Below are positions 60,045 to 64,000 of a stretch of 64,000 bases of DNA, piece by piece. The stretch is taken from positions 1,922,001-1,986,000 of the forward strand of contig JAYWIR010000012.1 in assembly GCA_036172245.1 (NCBI GenBank). Reading direction: 5' to 3'. Each line of letters opens with the position of its first letter. Positions within the stretch are counted from its first letter, which is position 1. This DNA is from Raillietiella orientalis (lineage: Eukaryota). The notes beneath the pieces are model-generated. The model worked only from the letters and a program-made list of their open reading frames with translations, was not told where the DNA came from and searched no databases. The position numbers and the translations under genes were made by a program.

Positions 60045-62207
60045 AGTTCCGGACAAGGACTCCGCTCGGACGCCCGGAGTCCTTGCAGCAGCCCGGAGGC
60101 GCTCCTCTTTCCCGCTGGAAGTCGGCTCTGTTCCTCTCAACATCCTTCTTCCTCCTTCTCCTCCTCCTCCCCCTCTGGATTGCTCTCCCAGCCGGGCACC
60201 GGCGGTGGGCTGAGGAGCTTCTCTTCCTGCTACTCGGAGGGCCGCATTTTCTTCTTGATCGTTCCTAAAGGCCACTGTTTTTTTCTTCTTTCACTGAGGG
60301 GATGAGCCGAGGGCCATAAATCTGCGCTTATCGGAGGCGTCACGGCACCTCTTATCATCTAGGACCTAGGTCTTCTTCTCTTTTCTTGTTTATATCTGGC
60401 GACTGACGAGTGCTGCCCTCACGCAGCACGAATGCGAAATAGGTGCCGCACCCGGAAGTGCGCACGCCGCGAAGCGCCGCAGGACGTCACGCGCTCACGT
60501 CCGCGCCTGCGCCGGCCTTCTCGGAGACGGGAAAGCCCGCAGCGTTGCATCCCCCCCCCCTTTCCAGGGAAGATTCTGACCAACCTCCTCTCTGACCCCG
60601 AGTGCGTGGCGGCTCAGTTACCGCAGGAGACGGAGAGCCCTCGAGTGAGGACCCCTTGATCCCTGGGAGGCTGGCCTTTTCGAGGAAGGGTCTGGGATTC
60701 CGCCCTATCAGGCGGCAAGCTTGTCCGCAGGAAAGGACACTCGAAGATTCCTGTGGGATTCCGGGAGGCTCGACAAGGAGGACCGGCGAAAATGCAGCAG
60801 TCCTCTTTCTTCTCCTTTCTCCTCCATTGCCGACATCTGAGAAGGAGACATCCAGTTACCGTCGAGAGACGTAGGGAGGTCGGCCGGAGGGAGAAGGAGC
60901 CGAGAAGGAACTTAGTTCTTACTCCTCGAGGGAAGCTTCTATCGAGACGGGGTTTGCCCTTCCAGGAAGAGACGGGAAGCTTCGGGGGAAGATGGTGTGG
61001 TCACAGCCAAACCTTTGCGCTTCCCATCTGCTCACAGCCAGGGTCGCTCCGCTGCTCCGGGGCTCGCGGAAGAGGATAGGGGGAAAGGGGGGAAGGACTC
61101 GACTGCGAGCTAAGAGGGTGAGCCGGAATTCCGAGCCAAGCGCCACGCGACTTCCGTGATCCGCAGTCCCGGGTCTCACGGAGCGGCGACGCGCGCGGCC
61201 CCGGTGGGTAATCTCTGACCACTGCCTCCCTGGAAGCGTCTTCGCGGGAACGCGTGGTCGTCGGGCCGTGACTCCTCTCGGGGGAGATCCGTACGCCGCG
61301 GCAACACGGGGGGCCCTCCTAGCTGTACCTCCGGGAGCACCTTGGCGTCTCGGTCTCTCCTGCGGCGACGAAGAGGCCCCTTCGGTTCGGCCTGTTGACC
61401 GGGCGGCGATGGGGCTACGACAGCGCTTCCGGGTCGGGCGCGCGTTCGCCCGCCGCTGAGCCCAGCGCAGTAGACGCGGGAGGGGGGGGGGGGACGGAGG
61501 TTGCGCCTTTAGCTGGGGCTATGGGTGCGCCAGTGCCTTTCTTCCCTTCTCCTGTCCCCTCCCTCCTAGCGAGCTTGGATCCGAGCGCGCCGGAGAATCA
61601 CCTCAGCGATTCGGAACGGAGCTCTCTGTGAGCTCTGCGCGCCTTGGTGTTTCGGCCCCGGGCGGGTCGCTCCAAACCAGCCACCTCCTTTCCGCGACCG
61701 GACTTCGGCCGTGCGCTCCCGCTCGTCGTCCTGATAACGCCACCTCCGTCGCGGATCGGTCGGTCGCGGCGCGTAGACCACAGCGACCGCGAGGGGGGCG
61801 GAGGGACGGACCCCTCTTTCTCCCCCCCGATCCTCGCGTGTCGGAAAATTTGATCTCAGGGACGAGGGTCTCTCTCCGGGTAGATGAGGGAGCGAAGCGG
61901 TCTTGCGAGTCGGCTGCGAAGGCCGGGCGAAAGAGGTGGGGACGCACCGGAGGCGAAATCCCGCGATGCCGCAGACTGCCCCGCGGATGGCAGGGGCAGA
62001 GATGCCACCACCGTCATCTGATGGTTCCCATGAGCAGCAGCAGCGCTGCTCGGGACCGAAGGCTGCCGCCATCTCGCCGTCCGGGGAAAGGTTCCCGGGA
62101 AGGGAGGCTGGGCGTCAGCGGCTGGTGGGAGTCGGCGAAAAGGGGTCACGGATGAGGTCACGCCCCACTCCCCCTTCCCGACGCCTAGCTACGACCTTCT
62201 CCCCCTC

Positions 62208-62517
62208 CCCTCGGAAGGGAGTTTCGGAAAGAACGTGGAAACGCTCACGGGGACGACCGCAGCCCTCATGAGGGCGGAGCCCGCGAGAGAGGGCGCCACG
62301 CGGGAAGCGGGCGTTCCCTGCCAGCACCCCTCTCCCGTTCCGGGAGTGCCGGAGGAGAAGAAGGCGGAAGGAAAGTTTGCGGAAGCCTCCCTGAGCGGGG
62401 AGTCATCGGGTGCTCGCTGCTGGCTGCGGGGGGAGGTCGCGGACTCCTGGCAACGAGGATCGCTAGTTGCACCGTTCCTGCAGCTCTGTTACCCTTGGAT
62501 ACGCAGCGGATGGTGCA
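62208..62517. repeat. Inverted repeat arm B2, partner 59740-60044
   Basis: Reverse complement of 59740-60044. Confidence 0.9.
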
Positions 62518-63740
62518 TGACGAGGCGCCATCTCCGAGATGCCCTGCCTTCGTGGTGGGCATTCCTCTTCCACTGCCTCACCACCAACATCGGCGTCAAC
62601 GCTGCCTCCATGGGTCGCACGCGAAGGTCCACCCACCCATCCACGCCTCAATGCCAGGAGGCGCTCAGTCCGCATCGCTCGCCCTCCAAGGACCGGGAAG
62701 ATCTCCCCGAAGGGGCGCGCTGCTCGCTGGGGCGGACGGACTGGCGCCTCCGCTTTGTCCCTCTTTCTCCCACGGGCTCTCTGCTCCGTGGGTCGCCTCT
62801 GGGCGTCCGTCCGTCTTCGCCTTTTGCTGCTGTGCCTACCGAGAGCGTCGGCGCCAGATTTTTCGCGCCGCTCCCCGAGGGAGCGAAGGCGTGCCTGTCT
62901 CCTGCAAGAACTCCTGCCGCCGCCTCCTCCCGTGCCGCGGAGGTCCTCCGATCGCGCCCCTCTGTGCACCATCCTCAATCACTCGGTCGTGGAAGATGAT
63001 TTATCCGTCTGCCCTGACTTTATTGCCTCCATCCATCCCCTAATGAATGCCGCATTCTCAGGGGATAATAAAGGAATAGGCGCCGGAACCCCGACTATTA
63101 TGGCAAATCCAATATTCCTCCAGGAGACGGTGGCGACTTCCCAACGCCCCACTGGGTGGAAATGAATGGCTCGTGCCCCCTTCCCCCCTCCCTTCCCTAC
63201 GAGAAAGGATTAGCCTTCGTGCTGCATTCGAGTGCCCCTCCCCCTCCCTTTTTCTTCCCCTCCCACCTCGTCCAAGTCACCCCAAAGACTTTGCGCCCTT
63301 CGGGAACGCGGGGAGATGAGGCGCCCACGTTCTCGACTGGAGCTCTTCAGCGAGCCGACTTCCCTCCCTCCCTCAAGGCCGCGCTCAGCGGCTGAGCCGA
63401 GATTCCCCGGGCAAAGTACGTTCACCGGGGGCGGCTATCCCCCGGAGTGATGGAGAAGGAGGGTCCTCGCTTCATGTCAGGAGGGGGGTGGACTTCGCTT
63501 CGTTTACCGCTGACGCGTGGGCTCCCTCCCTCCCCCACCGAGGCGCCGCTGACGCGTGGGCCCGAGGGAGCGGCGTGTCCCGACGTCAAGTTCGACGCCA
63601 TCTTCGATTATCACCCGGGTGCTCCGGAGCGTTTATTTCATAAAGAAAATAAAATAAACATTTACATTTTCTGTGGTTGGACTAGTGGTCCAACCACCTC
63701 CTTTTTAGTCTAATCAGCCGCATTGACATCCGGTGAGGTC

Positions 63741-64000
63741 CGCCACGGCAGCAGAGGGGAGAGGACAAACAAAGAAAAAAAAATGCAAAAAATAAATAAA
63801 TAAATAAACTTTGGGAGGGGATGCAGGAAGGAACCACGTTTTACTGGAGGCGGTCCTCTGTATCCTTTGGAGGATGCCGGCAAGGTCTTGCCGGGTGTTT
63901 TCCAGTTGGGGCTATCTCATTGCAGTCATCATGGAGCGGACAACGAAGTGGATATGGCACTCCTGTCGCTGTTCCCTTCTCTGGCGTCCTCCAGACGGCA
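63741..64000 (-). mobile_element. Second copy of the L1/Tx1-like 3' end (runs off the window)
   Basis: aataaataaataaa..ttgggaggg, atccttt.gaggatgccggcaag and aagtggat.tggcac match 29378-29612. Confidence 0.7.

Overview
This is eukaryotic (arthropod-like) genomic DNA, very GC-rich, with kb-scale AT-richer islands. I reconstructed two spliced + strand genes by hand. (1) A Dpr-family two-Ig cell-surface protein, exons 9177-14849; its first (signal-peptide) exon was not found. (2) A 19-exon, ~1311-aa nahoda-like type I membrane protein, 34179-50830. Its order is signal peptide, N-terminal-His LPMO-like domain, two EGF repeats, two Met/His DOMON domains (the first split by a ~370-aa low-complexity insert), a SEA-like domain, a TM helix and a cytoplasmic tail. 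The main finding is that this architecture resembles a membrane-tethered copper His-brace module fused to its own candidate heme cytochrome domains; this function is inferred, not shown. The rest of the window is mostly decayed non-LTR retrotransposon fragments (almost all on the - strand), two inverted-repeat pairs, a 30-bp perfect palindrome, a 28-bp minisatellite and a decayed intragenic exon copy. Transposon calls are by-eye motif matches in frameshifted sequence, with low to moderate confidence. No rRNA, tRNA or CRISPR array was seen.
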